64,000 bases of DNA from an uncultured virus (IMG/VR IMGVR_UViG_3300031994_000073) (lineage: Duplodnaviria > Heunggongvirae > Uroviricota > Caudoviricetes), in IMG/VR virus record IMGVR_UViG_3300031994_000073. One strand, 5' to 3'. Under the pieces are notes generated by a model. The model was not told the DNA's origin, ran no database searches, and was given only the letters and a program-made list of their open reading frames with translations. Below, piece by piece: positions 33,637 through 44,819 of this stretch. How positions within the stretch are numbered: position 1 is the first letter of the stretch; each line of letters starts with the position of its first letter. Position numbers and translations under genes: made by a program.

Positions 33637-35808
33637 TTATTGGGCGTCATAACTTACATTTATTACGCCTCTTACTTCTGAAGTTGAAGCAAATCGTAAC
33701 ATTACGCATTCGCCTGCACGAACAGGAATCATCTTTGAGTACAAAGCGTGGAATGGACCAAGCTTTTCAAGATACGCCTGATACTGCATATCAACGTTAG
33801 ATGCATTGACAACGTAGAACGTGAACGGCTTTGAGTAGTCCCAAGAACTTACTCCCTGAGGGAATAACTGTGCCATTTCCCATTGTACAAGTTCATACGG
33901 AATGACGGTGTTCACATTAGCGATGACAGAGTCAGGATGTTCTTCTTGTGCCTTTCTCAAATCACCAAGGTGTCCATTCGTGACAGAAACAATTTGGCCG
34001 TTTTCATTAGTTAAAGTATAGATTGGTTCTCTAAGAATGATCTCTGAAGTGCGAGCGCCATAAGTAGCGTAAACTTCTGATTCTGCGACTGATGTATCAA
34101 CTTGAACAGCAGGCACATTATCAAACTCGCCATTGATGAAACGACGCATGTCAGCAATCTTTATTTCTGCAAGACCATCAGAGCTGTTGTCATTAGGCTT
34201 AGTGAACAAGATTTTATCTGTCAAGAAAAGCGTGTCGCTTACGTTCCACAACTGTCCTGGCTTAACACCTTGACCTTTAATTTCTCCACCAGCAAATGCC
34301 TTACGAATAGCAAAGTATTCAGTATAGCCGGAACCACCTGGAAGACTTCCTCTTTCCACAGAGAATGTATCAATGCGCTTCATGAAACGGGCATATTCAG
34401 TCTTTGCATTGTCAGTAGGCGTTACTGTTGAAACATCAATAGGCTGACCAGTTGACGGGTTAATCGGATGTGCTTCAGGAATGTAATAGCCGTCAGATAC
34501 TGTCCAACGGAAGTGTGAATCTACATTTTCATTGACTGCATTGTGCTGACCAAAATAGAATGAATTATCCTTTGTGCCATAATTTGCTTTCAATCCAGGA
34601 CCACCCGCAACGAACGTATTGTCATCTTTAACAACAGAATCATTCGCACCTAAAGCGATGAAGTTCTTTGCTTCGGCATCAATTCCTGTACTATTGATGA
34701 TAAGACCATTTTCAGAAGCATTAACATTAATGTCTTGCGAGTTGACAACTGAAACGTCGCTGCTATTAGCAATGTGATTAAGATTTCCGAGACTGACTCC
34801 ATAGAAGTTAAGCAATGAGCTGTCTACTACATGGACATCGTTTGCTTTCATCAAGAAATCGTTGCAAGAACCAGAGGAAGACACGCCGCCAACAGTAACA
34901 TTCTTGGTCTTTAAAAGCATGTCATTTGAACCAACGATAAGTTCATCGTTTTCACCAAGAATACGGCATGATCCGTCAATGCCTCCAGAGGTAAAAGTAG
35001 CGTCATTATCAAGCAATGAATAGTTGACAGGTTCATCTGTCTTAGCGTTCATTGCGAAATAATCAGTGCCACGTTCAAATCCAAATTCTGAACAGGCACT
35101 TGTTCTATCTCCATAAGAAAGGAGCATCTGCGGTTTGCCTGGGATGTTTTCGTCCCAGACGCTGAACTGAACAGGCTCATTCCAAGGAGCGTCATTGCGT
35201 TCGGTTATTGGCAGAACGTTGATTGCATTTGCGGATGTAGGAACTTCCGCGCCAATAGTGTCTTTAATTTCTTCTTCAAGACCAAACTTCTGCTGGTCAC
35301 TCATGGAAGGAATAAGCCAAAGTGCATTATCAGTATTATACTCAACAGTGCCAGCATCATGACGGTCACTGTTCCGAGCAGTATAAGAAACTTCTTCATC
35401 GTTAAATGTAATGGTCAACGCAACGTTGACGTCTGTAGTACCAGCTGAAATAGCAACAGTTCCAGCAACGAAATATTCACCGGTTGATGTAACAGCAATC
35501 TTACTTTCATTATAGCACTCACCAATAAGAATAGCGGTTACGTCATGTGTAAGTTTTGGCAAGAACAACTTGTATGTGCCAAACTTTCCTATTTCAAGTG
35601 CAGGCGTATATGCAACATTGAAGAGCTGCTCAATAAAATCCTTGTCAGGATCATTGCCGTTTGTAATCAAGTTCAACTTACGAACATCATCAAGCGTTTC
35701 TACGCTATCTGCAGAAGACGCAAGTACAAAGCCTTTGAGGACAAACTTTACGCCGCCCTCAGCTCTAAGTACTTTGTCTTTAAAATCTTGTGTGAACTCT
35801 ATTTTCAT
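33637..35808 (-). CDS. putative tail fibre/baseplate protein
   Basis: 723 aa, Asn/Ser/Gly-rich beta-helix-like middle; tail context. Confidence 0.5.
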   Translation of the reverse strand: MKIEFTQDFKDKVLRAEGGVKFVLKGFVLASSADSVETLDDVRKLNLITNGNDPDKDFIEQLFNVAYTPALEIGKFGTYKLFLPKLTHDVTAILIGECYNESKIAVTSTGEYFVAGTVAISAGTTDVNVALTITFNDEEVSYTARNSDRHDAGTVEYNTDNALWLIPSMSDQQKFGLEEEIKDTIGAEVPTSANAINVLPITERNDAPWNEPVQFSVWDENIPGKPQMLLSYGDRTSACSEFGFERGTDYFAMNAKTDEPVNYSLLDNDATFTSGGIDGSCRILGENDELIVGSNDMLLKTKNVTVGGVSSSGSCNDFLMKANDVHVVDSSLLNFYGVSLGNLNHIANSSDVSVVNSQDINVNASENGLIINSTGIDAEAKNFIALGANDSVVKDDNTFVAGGPGLKANYGTKDNSFYFGQHNAVNENVDSHFRWTVSDGYYIPEAHPINPSTGQPIDVSTVTPTDNAKTEYARFMKRIDTFSVERGSLPGGSGYTEYFAIRKAFAGGEIKGQGVKPGQLWNVSDTLFLTDKILFTKPNDNSSDGLAEIKIADMRRFINGEFDNVPAVQVDTSVAESEVYATYGARTSEIILREPIYTLTNENGQIVSVTNGHLGDLRKAQEEHPDSVIANVNTVIPYELVQWEMAQLFPQGVSSWDYSKPFTFYVVNASNVDMQYQAYLEKLGPFHALYSKMIPVRAGECVMLRFASTSEVRGVINVSYDAQ

Positions 35809-35812
35809 ATTC

Positions 35813-37174
35813 TTAATTATTTATCTGAGCAAAACCATGAACGCCTGTATCAGCGTCATCAATACGAATGTATGAATGGGATTCTACTGGACTGATATTG
35901 TCTCTAAATACGCGTGTACCGTTAATCTCAGTAAATGATACATATCCAGATTCTGAAGCAATGTTCATAACAGTTACTACGGTGCCAGTAGGAATATTTT
36001 CTGCGTCAAGGTCAATTTCAGTATAATTGTCCTTGAGAATAAACTGCGCTGCGCCTGGAGTAGTAGCATGAACACGCTGAACATCTTCTTGAAGTTGATT
36101 GACTTTTGCTTCGCATTGGTTGACGAAGTCAGAAGTAGCCATCTTTGACTTCAATTCATAAAAGTTGATGTTGATTTCCTGTCCATTGACAGTAGCGTAA
36201 ATGCCATCATAGCTGTATCTTACATTGTTAGCAGTAGGATTGTCGTAGCTATAAAGTCCTGCCCATCCTTGACGGTTGACAACGAACAAGTTATGACGGT
36301 ACCATTCTTCATTTATTCCGCCTTCTCCATAGTATTTAGTATGTTCATTGATGTTATGACCTTCTGGAATTACGTCGTTGTGCATAAAACCATCACCAAC
36401 GATAAAGACGTTATCTGGGTCAGAATCGTCTTTGTTCCATGCACCAATGATAGTTCTGCTTGAATCTCCTGGGAAGCCAGTGTGAAGCAAGCCAGTACCA
36501 AGCATTATGATACCGCCCTTGATGTTACTTGTGTAACCAAGGTAGTTGCCTATTTCAATGTCATAGGCAGTGTCTTTAACCATGTTATGATAGCCGCAAG
36601 GCGATGAAATCCAAGTACCTCTGAATGACTTTGGCGTAACGCCTTCTACTTGCGTGTATGAAGAACCAATCAAAGTAGGATTATGAATGGTACCTTTCAC
36701 ACCGTTAACATCAGCACTATCAGTATGCATGAACAAAGCGTTAGACACATCGTGGTTAACGCCTTTTCTAATTTTGTTCTTGTTAGAAGCAATGAACAAA
36801 GCATTCGTATTTCCGTTCACTTCGTTTTGGTCAGAGAACAAGAACGCATTGTCTTCACTTCCTTGTCCAATTTCGTTTTCCTGTGAAAAGATGAATGCGT
36901 TGCCGTAAGCGCCTTTGACATTTCTGTAAATGTTGTCCTTGCCAAACAAGTCAAAGTTAGAACGATTGGTGCTTGACTTACGTTCAGCAAGTCTGAAAAG
37001 CGGAGTGCCTTTTCCGTCTTTATTGTAACTGAAGAAAGCACGCTGACCAGCCCATGTCTTTGCAGCATCGTTGTTCAAGATAGAGAGCATCAACTGCGGC
37101 TGAGTATCTGAATAGTTGTCAGCGACAGGTGACATAATATTCACTTTTGCTAATGTTTCGTATGTATTTGCCAT
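35813..37174 (-). CDS. putative tail fibre protein
   Basis: 453 aa, repeated NAFxFS.xNE units, FIVGDG..NLFVV neck-like motif, coiled coil. Confidence 0.5.
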   Translation of the reverse strand: MANTYETLAKVNIMSPVADNYSDTQPQLMLSILNNDAAKTWAGQRAFFSYNKDGKGTPLFRLAERKSSTNRSNFDLFGKDNIYRNVKGAYGNAFIFSQENEIGQGSEDNAFLFSDQNEVNGNTNALFIASNKNKIRKGVNHDVSNALFMHTDSADVNGVKGTIHNPTLIGSSYTQVEGVTPKSFRGTWISSPCGYHNMVKDTAYDIEIGNYLGYTSNIKGGIIMLGTGLLHTGFPGDSSRTIIGAWNKDDSDPDNVFIVGDGFMHNDVIPEGHNINEHTKYYGEGGINEEWYRHNLFVVNRQGWAGLYSYDNPTANNVRYSYDGIYATVNGQEININFYELKSKMATSDFVNQCEAKVNQLQEDVQRVHATTPGAAQFILKDNYTEIDLDAENIPTGTVVTVMNIASESGYVSFTEINGTRVFRDNISPVESHSYIRIDDADTGVHGFAQINN

Positions 37175-37182
37175 TTCATCAC

Positions 37183-37899
37183 CTATACGATTAAAAGATT
37201 GTCAGTTGTACCAAGCGTAATCACATTTGGCATTTCTTTACTTGCTGTGCCATCATTGACGATATGAATGTGGTCAAGATTATCATCTATCGTTACTTCT
37301 CCATCTGTTTCCATTTCATATCTGATCTCAGCATTGAATACAAGATTTTCTGATTGTTTCTTCAATACCTTCAACTTGTTAGGATAGTAAGCGATAGCGA
37401 AGACTAACGGCTTTTGCGGATCTCCTTCAAGTCTATTCTTGTATTCTGGCTTAAACGGTAATGCGAAGAACAAGATTGCATCAAATTGCATATCGCCAGT
37501 CACGTTCGTAATGTTGAACATATCTGGCTTAATCAGAGCATTATATGAAGCGTAAAGAATGTCAGTTTCTTCATCATCTTTGCTCAACGAAAAGTCAAGC
37601 GGATAAAGATGTTCATCTAGCTTCTTTGTCAAATTGTATGTATAGCGGCTATCAGTAGGAACGATAGCGCCATTTGTATACTTGTAAACTGTATTCTTAA
37701 GAATGATAGTACAGTTATTCAAAATCCATTCGGTAGATAGCTTTGAAAGCTTGCCAGCATAACGGGCGCTGGCAAGGTGGTCTCTAGAATCTTTCACTAA
37801 AGCAAAACCGATGTTGGCAAACTTAAAACCAGTTCCTTGTTTGAAAATGGTTGCTTTGCCTTCATCGGTTACTGTTAATTCAAACTTGTTCGGATCCAT
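37183..37899 (-). CDS. putative tail fibre/baseplate attachment protein
   Basis: 238 aa; N-terminus (LTVTDEGK...GFKFANIGFAL) resembles that of 33637..35808. Confidence 0.45.
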   Translation of the reverse strand: MDPNKFELTVTDEGKATIFKQGTGFKFANIGFALVKDSRDHLASARYAGKLSKLSTEWILNNCTIILKNTVYKYTNGAIVPTDSRYTYNLTKKLDEHLYPLDFSLSKDDEETDILYASYNALIKPDMFNITNVTGDMQFDAILFFALPFKPEYKNRLEGDPQKPLVFAIAYYPNKLKVLKKQSENLVFNAEIRYEMETDGEVTIDDNLDHIHIVNDGTASKEMPNVITLGTTDNLLIV

Positions 37900-37920
37900 T
37901 TCATCTATTCCTTTCTATAT

Positions 37921-40146
37921 TTATTCGGAATAGATACTTGTCCCTGGAACATGTGTGAATGTTATCTTTTTAATGTACGATGTTTTTTCAATGTCTCCGT
38001 TATGAACGAAATTGAACAGGTCAGTCTTTGTCTTACCATCAGTAGGAATAAGATACATACCGCTGTCAAGAAGTTCAAACTTTACCTTACTGCAGTCAAC
38101 AGTGATTGACGTATCATCTTGCGCCAATGTAATGTTTGACTTACATTTGATAGCGAGATTTGAAAGTACTGTATACCAATTGCCGTTGCTTCCGTAATAG
38201 TTTATCCAAAGCTTAGTGATATGACGTATTGAACGATCTTTCACAGTCTTCTCACGAATCTTTTTATTGATGTCATCATCATATTCAATTTTGTAAGGCA
38301 CAACAGTTTCAGAATTTTCCTTATAACCGCTTGAGATCTTGACAGTAGTGACACTTTCTTCATCAGGAACAGTGTTGTACTTAATCAAGTTCAGGATCTT
38401 GGTGATAGGCTTAATGCTTCTGATTAGACGAATGAGTCCTTCAATGTTTTCGTTGAATGTCTCAAAGTCTGCCTTTGAAGTAATCTTTACATTGAAGCGT
38501 GAAGTCATGAACATGTTCGTAAAATCACGAAGAGTGTCTTCTTCAATGAATGTTGGATTTTCCTCAATAGGATTTTCCATCTTTACCCAAAGCGGAATCA
38601 ACTTTGCGCTGAATGAGAACATCTTCAAAGCAAGAGTAATTCCCTTTTCAGTGCCTTTAAGCTGGTTGTAAAGTGGAAGGTTCTTCAAGGCGTATTTCAC
38701 CATGTTCATCACTTCTGTTTCAGAATAATTGGTGAATGCGTCAGGATTGAAGAAACCGCTGTTCATCTTGACCAAAGTTTCAAGGTCAACGTTCCACTCC
38801 ATTCCTCTGTGCTTTGCATAGTCAGCGACAAGATAATTCTCGATCTTATCAATGTCAAGGAAGTCTGAAATTTCAGCAATCTTTTCAAGACCAGAAATGT
38901 TAGTTCCTCTAGTGACATTGGTGTACATGGTGTTCAAGAACAGTTCAAAGAACTTTACGAAATCGTAATAGTCAGTCTGTCTCAAATACTTTGGCACAAA
39001 CTGTTTCAAGTTGTAACGTCTGCCATCAGGATCCATCACAATCCAAGGTCCAAGTTCTGCTTCGGCATAAGTTGCGTTCTTAACATAATCATCAAGCTGG
39101 GCACTTCCAATCTTTACCCATGCCTGAACTATTACAGAACCTGCTGAGTTGATGTTTGTGATCTTGAATCTTATAAGTCCGTTCTCTTCATAGCATGAAT
39201 TGTCAACCTTGTCAGAAATCGTACTTGGGTCAATCCAACCTACGGAATCCGCGGAAAGTTGCTCTATGATGGAGTCAGCGCCAAGGACCCACAAGCCTTT
39301 ATTTGGGTTGAATATGGTACAATATACCTCACCCTCAATTCCGGCATCTAAAGTCATATTTGGCGGGTTTGGAACGTCAAACGTAATCTCCAATGGTAAC
39401 AACTCGTCTTGTTTAATGTTTACATACTTAAATTCTTGAGAATTGAACCCAGACGAATTAGTTGCCTTGTCATAAACAGTCAGAGATAGTGTCTTTCCTG
39501 AACAAGTAGGACTATCAAAACTATCGGGTATGTCAAACTCAACTTTATAAGTATCAGCGCCATTTGAAAAGACACGAAGATTCTGAAGTTCATTTACTTC
39601 AGCGCCTGTCTTTCTGCTATAATCATAAAGTGTTTCTTCGCCGCGTGTGATAGTAAAGTTCTTATAGTCAAGGCCGCAGTCGTCACGAAAGACAAATTCA
39701 CAATGACGAGCAGAAACAGAGCCATCATTTATTAAAATGTATTCAGTGCCAGCGTCAGAAACAAGTTCTGGCGGTTTCGTGTCCATTACGACCGTTTCAA
39801 AAGAGCTTCTTAACTTGACGAATGATCCGCTTGTTTCACCTGGGACTATTGTTGGTCCAAGATAACGCATTGGGTTTTCAGGATGTTGGGTATTCCAGTC
39901 ACCACCAGAATACTGCAAGAACGGATTGTCAGGTTCCCATCTATCTGGGTCTGGAGTTCCACTACCAGAAGCACAGAGAGTCCACCAGTCTTCAACAGGT
40001 CCAGAACCTGAAACATCCTTCGTGATAGGATAGAACTTTACACCGTTGTCTTGTCCAACGTCCCACTCAAACTTCCAAGTGGTATCAAATCTAAGGTCTT
40101 GGTAATTAAACTCAACATCGCTGTGTTTAATCATTATGCACTCCAC
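37921..40146 (-). CDS. putative baseplate wedge protein (gp7-like)
   Basis: FVPKYL..FVKFFELFL and LYNQLKGTEKGI motifs. Confidence 0.55.
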   Translation of the reverse strand: MECIMIKHSDVEFNYQDLRFDTTWKFEWDVGQDNGVKFYPITKDVSGSGPVEDWWTLCASGSGTPDPDRWEPDNPFLQYSGGDWNTQHPENPMRYLGPTIVPGETSGSFVKLRSSFETVVMDTKPPELVSDAGTEYILINDGSVSARHCEFVFRDDCGLDYKNFTITRGEETLYDYSRKTGAEVNELQNLRVFSNGADTYKVEFDIPDSFDSPTCSGKTLSLTVYDKATNSSGFNSQEFKYVNIKQDELLPLEITFDVPNPPNMTLDAGIEGEVYCTIFNPNKGLWVLGADSIIEQLSADSVGWIDPSTISDKVDNSCYEENGLIRFKITNINSAGSVIVQAWVKIGSAQLDDYVKNATYAEAELGPWIVMDPDGRRYNLKQFVPKYLRQTDYYDFVKFFELFLNTMYTNVTRGTNISGLEKIAEISDFLDIDKIENYLVADYAKHRGMEWNVDLETLVKMNSGFFNPDAFTNYSETEVMNMVKYALKNLPLYNQLKGTEKGITLALKMFSFSAKLIPLWVKMENPIEENPTFIEEDTLRDFTNMFMTSRFNVKITSKADFETFNENIEGLIRLIRSIKPITKILNLIKYNTVPDEESVTTVKISSGYKENSETVVPYKIEYDDDINKKIREKTVKDRSIRHITKLWINYYGSNGNWYTVLSNLAIKCKSNITLAQDDTSITVDCSKVKFELLDSGMYLIPTDGKTKTDLFNFVHNGDIEKTSYIKKITFTHVPGTSIYSE

Positions 40147-40928
40147 AAGCTTATGCTTTCAAAGCTTCTTCTGTCAAGAGCTGTAAATTTCAATTTCGGC
40201 CAGTCCTTTTCACACTGTCTTGCGTAATTGGAAATGACAAAGATACGATTGACGACTGGGTTCTTAACGATAATTTGCGGTTCACGCCTAGTGTTGTTGT
40301 CTACGTGATGATTAAGTTCTGGACGATACTTGTCTAGCATCTTTACCAATGACGCGGTCAACACTTGAGTTGCTTGCTGCAATGTTCCTTCATCACAAGC
40401 GTCAATGAAACGATGCAAGTCGTCAGATTGAAGAATGATTCGTTTGAACTCTTCAAAGTCATCAATGATTTCAGACTTACGATTTGGCGGCAAAGAAATG
40501 CCGCCTTCAGAAAACCAGTTGTTAATGTTATGAGCGTTCCAAAGATACTTCTTGATAGTCGCCAACTTGTAGTTTCTTACTTCGTCCTTGAAGGTTTCAG
40601 AATAAGTCATGAAATCAGACCATTCTTTTCCATCTTCAGAAGAAATGATCTTGTTCGTAAATTCATCAAATGATCTCAAGCCTTCAACTTGAATGACGCA
40701 GTCAGCGTGAGTAAACGGATTGCTGCCATCTTGATACAGCTGGTTTGGGTTGACTGAAACTTGATACTGTTCTGCTTCGCAGATTTCCTTCAACGTCTGA
40801 ATAAGTCTGCTGTAAGGGCACTGAACAAAGCCCATGAATGACTTCTTAGCAAGTATCTTTGAAAGATCTTGTTTGCTCAACGGCATCGTTGTCTTGGAAA
40901 TATCAAAAATGTCACGGTAATTTAACAT
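40134..40928 (-). CDS. hypothetical protein
   Basis: 264 aa ORF. Confidence 0.7.
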   Translation of the reverse strand: MLNYRDIFDISKTTMPLSKQDLSKILAKKSFMGFVQCPYSRLIQTLKEICEAEQYQVSVNPNQLYQDGSNPFTHADCVIQVEGLRSFDEFTNKIISSEDGKEWSDFMTYSETFKDEVRNYKLATIKKYLWNAHNINNWFSEGGISLPPNRKSEIIDDFEEFKRIILQSDDLHRFIDACDEGTLQQATQVLTASLVKMLDKYRPELNHHVDNNTRREPQIIVKNPVVNRIFVISNYARQCEKDWPKLKFTALDRRSFESISLWSA

Positions 40929-40969
40929 ACTCTAAACTCTTTATTTTATTTATTTGGGATAAATATAAC

Positions 40970-42346
40970 ATGGCAGAAAGAACAATTTTACAGACAGCAG
41001 AAAACGCTAAAGGCGATTACGAAAGAGAACAAGCGCGTCAATACATCAAGAACAAGATGCGTGAAGCTGAGCAACGTGCTACTATGAATGACGCTGCTGC
41101 GAATGGCGGTCAGTCAAATGCAAATCGTGTAAATAAGATTCTTAGTCAAAATGAAACTTATGCAAGTTTGCAGCAAGATGAACAACTTCTTACTGAAGGC
41201 AAATTGTCTGATGATTATGTTCTTCGTTATGCAAGAGCAAATATTGCTCAAAAGCAACAGCAAGAAGACAATAAAACTGATTATGTAGACCTTGGCATAT
41301 CTAGAGCACGTGATAGAATAGAAAATGAAGGTACATCTGAAAACATGTACACTATCGCACAAGACATGGCTGACCTTGGATATAGTGCTCATATCTTTGG
41401 TCCTGACGGAATTGTCACTACTGACCAGCACTACTTTGACGCAATGAAAGAAGGCGTTCAAGGATCATTCCACGGCGAAACATACGATGAACTTGAAATC
41501 AGAAAATTCATGGAGTACGGAAACAACTACTTCAGCCTTTTCACTTACATTCCAGGTCAAGATGAAAAGATCCCATTCGTTGCTGACGGCGTAATGACTG
41601 AATTGCCTCCTGTCTCATTCTCTACTGAATGGGCAAACTCTCCTGCAGCGTCTGTTGGTGAAAAGCTAGACGAAACATTGAATAATGACTTCATTGAATT
41701 TCTTGGAATGAGAGCTGCTGATGCAAGCACTCCTGTTATGCGTAGAAAAGATGCATTGACTACCCGTGTCTATAAAGATGCTGGTGAAATGAAGTTCCAA
41801 GTGAAGTTCAGAATTTACCCAGGACAGAAGATTGGTAACCGTCAAATGACAAACGTAAAAGAATGGCTCTTGTTCTTGAGCCTTACTACTCCAATCAACG
41901 CTGCCTGTTCATTTTCAGTAAGCAATACATTTGGCAACATCATTAAGACTGCTGACGGTATTGCCAACGCCTTTGCAGAACTTAAGGACTATATCAGCGG
42001 CGACAAAAGTAATGATGATGTTGACCCTAATGTAGCTACTGTTCTTAAAGCACAGCTTGGTTCAAGCACGACTGTTGACTCGCTTTATTCATTCCAGAAT
42101 GCAGCAGCAAGAATTGCGAACGCAAACGTATTCGGCGCCTGTGTATTTGGATTACGAATCTATCCTTGGATTTTCAAGCAGGCGTTGACTGTCTATATCA
42201 GCGACTGGTCAGTAGAACCATCAAAGGAATGGAATGAGACTGTCAATGATCATTACTTCTATGATTTCACACTTAACTGCGAATTAGACCAAAAGCCCAG
42301 TGCGAACACCTGGGCTAAGGAAATACTTAAGGATACTGGATTTTAG
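40970..42346 (+). CDS. hypothetical tail/baseplate protein
   Basis: Start trimmed to ATG 40970 after GATAAATA; shares FSTEW..KFRIY pattern with 42343..43308. Confidence 0.6.
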   Translation: MAERTILQTAENAKGDYEREQARQYIKNKMREAEQRATMNDAAANGGQSNANRVNKILSQNETYASLQQDEQLLTEGKLSDDYVLRYARANIAQKQQQEDNKTDYVDLGISRARDRIENEGTSENMYTIAQDMADLGYSAHIFGPDGIVTTDQHYFDAMKEGVQGSFHGETYDELEIRKFMEYGNNYFSLFTYIPGQDEKIPFVADGVMTELPPVSFSTEWANSPAASVGEKLDETLNNDFIEFLGMRAADASTPVMRRKDALTTRVYKDAGEMKFQVKFRIYPGQKIGNRQMTNVKEWLLFLSLTTPINAACSFSVSNTFGNIIKTADGIANAFAELKDYISGDKSNDDVDPNVATVLKAQLGSSTTVDSLYSFQNAAARIANANVFGACVFGLRIYPWIFKQALTVYISDWSVEPSKEWNETVNDHYFYDFTLNCELDQKPSANTWAKEILKDTGF

Positions 42347-43308
42347 AAGCTTATCTTTGAAACTTCTGAACAGAACATTCTCGAAATAAAGACGTTTGAC
42401 GGTGAGAAGTTCGTTTCTACCGATACATCAAAATCTACCCACAAAGGTTCTGGAAGTCCAGTCTTCGCGTTGATAGTCATCTGCTGACTTGGTCTCCACT
42501 CAAATGAATTGACAATCCAGTCTATTTCTTCAGGAAAAGTAAATGAACCAACTTTTGAGAATGCCAAAGTATAGTTAAGACGAGGACCAGCTGCAATGTC
42601 AACAAGTCCAGAATTTTCCTTTATCTTATCCCAAAGAACACCCAATGAAGCAGCGCCAGCAGTAATCATATTGCTACCGCTTTTTCTTGAATTGTCATAA
42701 GCCTCTTTTGCTTCTCTTATGTCGCCAGCGACAGCTCTTGCAGCGTCTGCAGCTGCGCCAATCGTATTTGACGAAATTGAGAATTTCTGCGAAGGAGCAC
42801 AGACGATAGTAAAGAACTTAATCAAACGGTTATAGTCAATGATCTCGTCTTGAGAAGTTACGATATCGTCCTTATCAACGACGTGAGCATAGTTGTTCAT
42901 TTCCTTTGCGTTTCTATGGTAGATTCGGAACTTCAACTTCATTCCAATTGGGCTGCCAACTTCAGTCAACTTCTGAGTCCACGCATCAGTAGGCGTACCG
43001 TTTTTAGCCATGTTGCCAGAAAGCATCTTAAGCAAGTTCGAGTTAAAGACTTCATTTACTTTATTTGCTATTGATGCGCCACCACTTGCTTTCCATTTAG
43101 TGGAGATGTTGAATGAGACAGGCTCCATCAAAGTAATGGCATAGTTAAGATCATATTTAGTACCGCTAAGATTGATGTCATAGCTGTTTTCACCTGGAGG
43201 AAGTCCCTGCTTGGCAAGATGAAAAATGACCTCCATAGACTTTTGGTATGGAGTCATTTGTGTTTCTACATCAGGGCGTTTATCCGGTCTTCTAATCTTT
43301 AATGCCAT
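42343..43308 (-). CDS. hypothetical tail/baseplate protein (gp48-like?)
   Basis: ISTKW..KFRIY, PLWVDFDVSVET; follows the tape-measure-like gene. Confidence 0.5.
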   Translation of the reverse strand: MALKIRRPDKRPDVETQMTPYQKSMEVIFHLAKQGLPPGENSYDINLSGTKYDLNYAITLMEPVSFNISTKWKASGGASIANKVNEVFNSNLLKMLSGNMAKNGTPTDAWTQKLTEVGSPIGMKLKFRIYHRNAKEMNNYAHVVDKDDIVTSQDEIIDYNRLIKFFTIVCAPSQKFSISSNTIGAAADAARAVAGDIREAKEAYDNSRKSGSNMITAGAASLGVLWDKIKENSGLVDIAAGPRLNYTLAFSKVGSFTFPEEIDWIVNSFEWRPSQQMTINAKTGLPEPLWVDFDVSVETNFSPSNVFISRMFCSEVSKISF

Positions 43309-43311
43309 TTA

Positions 43312-44799
43312 CTAGCCTTCATTATCAAAAATGCTGTACGGTCTTGATGGTTCACGAACAGTGACTTGAAGATTCAATCCTTGAAGTGCAGCAGTCAAAG
43401 CACGAAGCTCAGTGATGATAGCGTTCTGCATAGCAGCAAGAGTCTCACCGGTAACCTTGTCTTCAGGAGCTCCAATGACAGCAGTATCGTGCAAGAACTT
43501 ATTGCCATCCTTTGCGTCAAAACTGTTATATGTATTAGAGTAACTGTTAAGGTATTCTTCGTTCTGATATGAAGATCTTGCAATTCTTGCCTGTTGCTGT
43601 ACACGGTTGCTTGCCATCTGAGTAATCATTGTGTCAATATGATGCAAAGTGTCGTGAATAGGCTGGAGTCTGGTCTTCAAGTCAATGCCTTCTTCTTTAG
43701 CCTTTTCAACTGACTTGAACAAAGCAGATGAAACGATTGAAGCAGCAAGGCCGTTGAAGATCTTTGACATCTCGCTAGCAAGACCGTCCATAGTATGTTC
43801 CATTCTCAAGAACGAATCGCCAAGATGGCTGATAACTGCATCAAGTCCATGACTCAAAGTCTCTGACATCGCAAGCATGCTAGAAGTCATCATCGGAATT
43901 ACATTTCCAATGACAGTAATCGTATCTTTGACCATTTCTTCAGTCTTTGAAAGCTGGGCAGCGAAGGCGTCAGTGATGTTCTGCACCATGTTGTCCACCA
44001 TTCCTTTCATCGCTTTCGTAATTAAGTAAGTGGCTGCCAAAGTAACAAGAACTGCACCTACAACGGCTACCGCAATAACAGCAGCGACAACAAGGAATGC
44101 AGCGACGATAACGCCTATTCCTATCAAAGCGACAGCAGCAGGTTGTGAAGCGATAGCCACCTTTAACCATTCACAAGCTATCTGTATTCCGAGTAAGATC
44201 ATTGTCTTACTTATCTGGAAAGCCACGAATGCCACAAAGAGTCCTATGACGGCAGCGCCCAATGCGACCACGAAGTCCATTACTGAACCGTTCAACCATC
44301 CAACGACAAATCCATAAAGAAGAAGACCGCCGACAATGATAATAGGCAAGAACTTGTCAAAGAATGCAGATACAAGAGCGACAGGATTAAGCACTTTCGT
44401 AAGGCTATCCGCCATCTTTGCAGCAATCATCGCAGAGTCAAGTGCTGGTTCTTTTGCTGCAGGGCCGTTTACAAGCTGAGCAACGCCATCGTTCTTAATG
44501 ACGTTTGTCTCGACCTTCTTCTTGTCTTCAAGCAATAACTTATAGATGTTTGAAACTAGCTTATTGAGACCAAGCAAATTATCTCGTGTATCATTGGCAG
44601 TATCTGTACCAAGCTTCAGCATAGATTCAATCGTGCCAGTAATGTAATGAATATTGGCAGCCATCTCGTCAATGTTTTTTCTGGTGTTCCTGAAGAAAAG
44701 GTTAAGCGGATTAAGTTTCTCCGCAACCTGCTTTACGGTGTTCGCTGCTTGAACGCCGTTCGCCATTCTATCAAGATAATTTTGCATTGCATCTGCCAT
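43312..44799 (-). CDS. tape-measure-like protein with long hydrophobic region
   Basis: 495 aa, Ala/Leu/Val-rich helices with several TM-like segments; tail context. Confidence 0.5.
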   Translation of the reverse strand: MADAMQNYLDRMANGVQAANTVKQVAEKLNPLNLFFRNTRKNIDEMAANIHYITGTIESMLKLGTDTANDTRDNLLGLNKLVSNIYKLLLEDKKKVETNVIKNDGVAQLVNGPAAKEPALDSAMIAAKMADSLTKVLNPVALVSAFFDKFLPIIIVGGLLLYGFVVGWLNGSVMDFVVALGAAVIGLFVAFVAFQISKTMILLGIQIACEWLKVAIASQPAAVALIGIGVIVAAFLVVAAVIAVAVVGAVLVTLAATYLITKAMKGMVDNMVQNITDAFAAQLSKTEEMVKDTITVIGNVIPMMTSSMLAMSETLSHGLDAVISHLGDSFLRMEHTMDGLASEMSKIFNGLAASIVSSALFKSVEKAKEEGIDLKTRLQPIHDTLHHIDTMITQMASNRVQQQARIARSSYQNEEYLNSYSNTYNSFDAKDGNKFLHDTAVIGAPEDKVTGETLAAMQNAIITELRALTAALQGLNLQVTVREPSRPYSIFDNEG

Positions 44800-44819
44800 A
44801 TACTATTCTCCAATAGTAT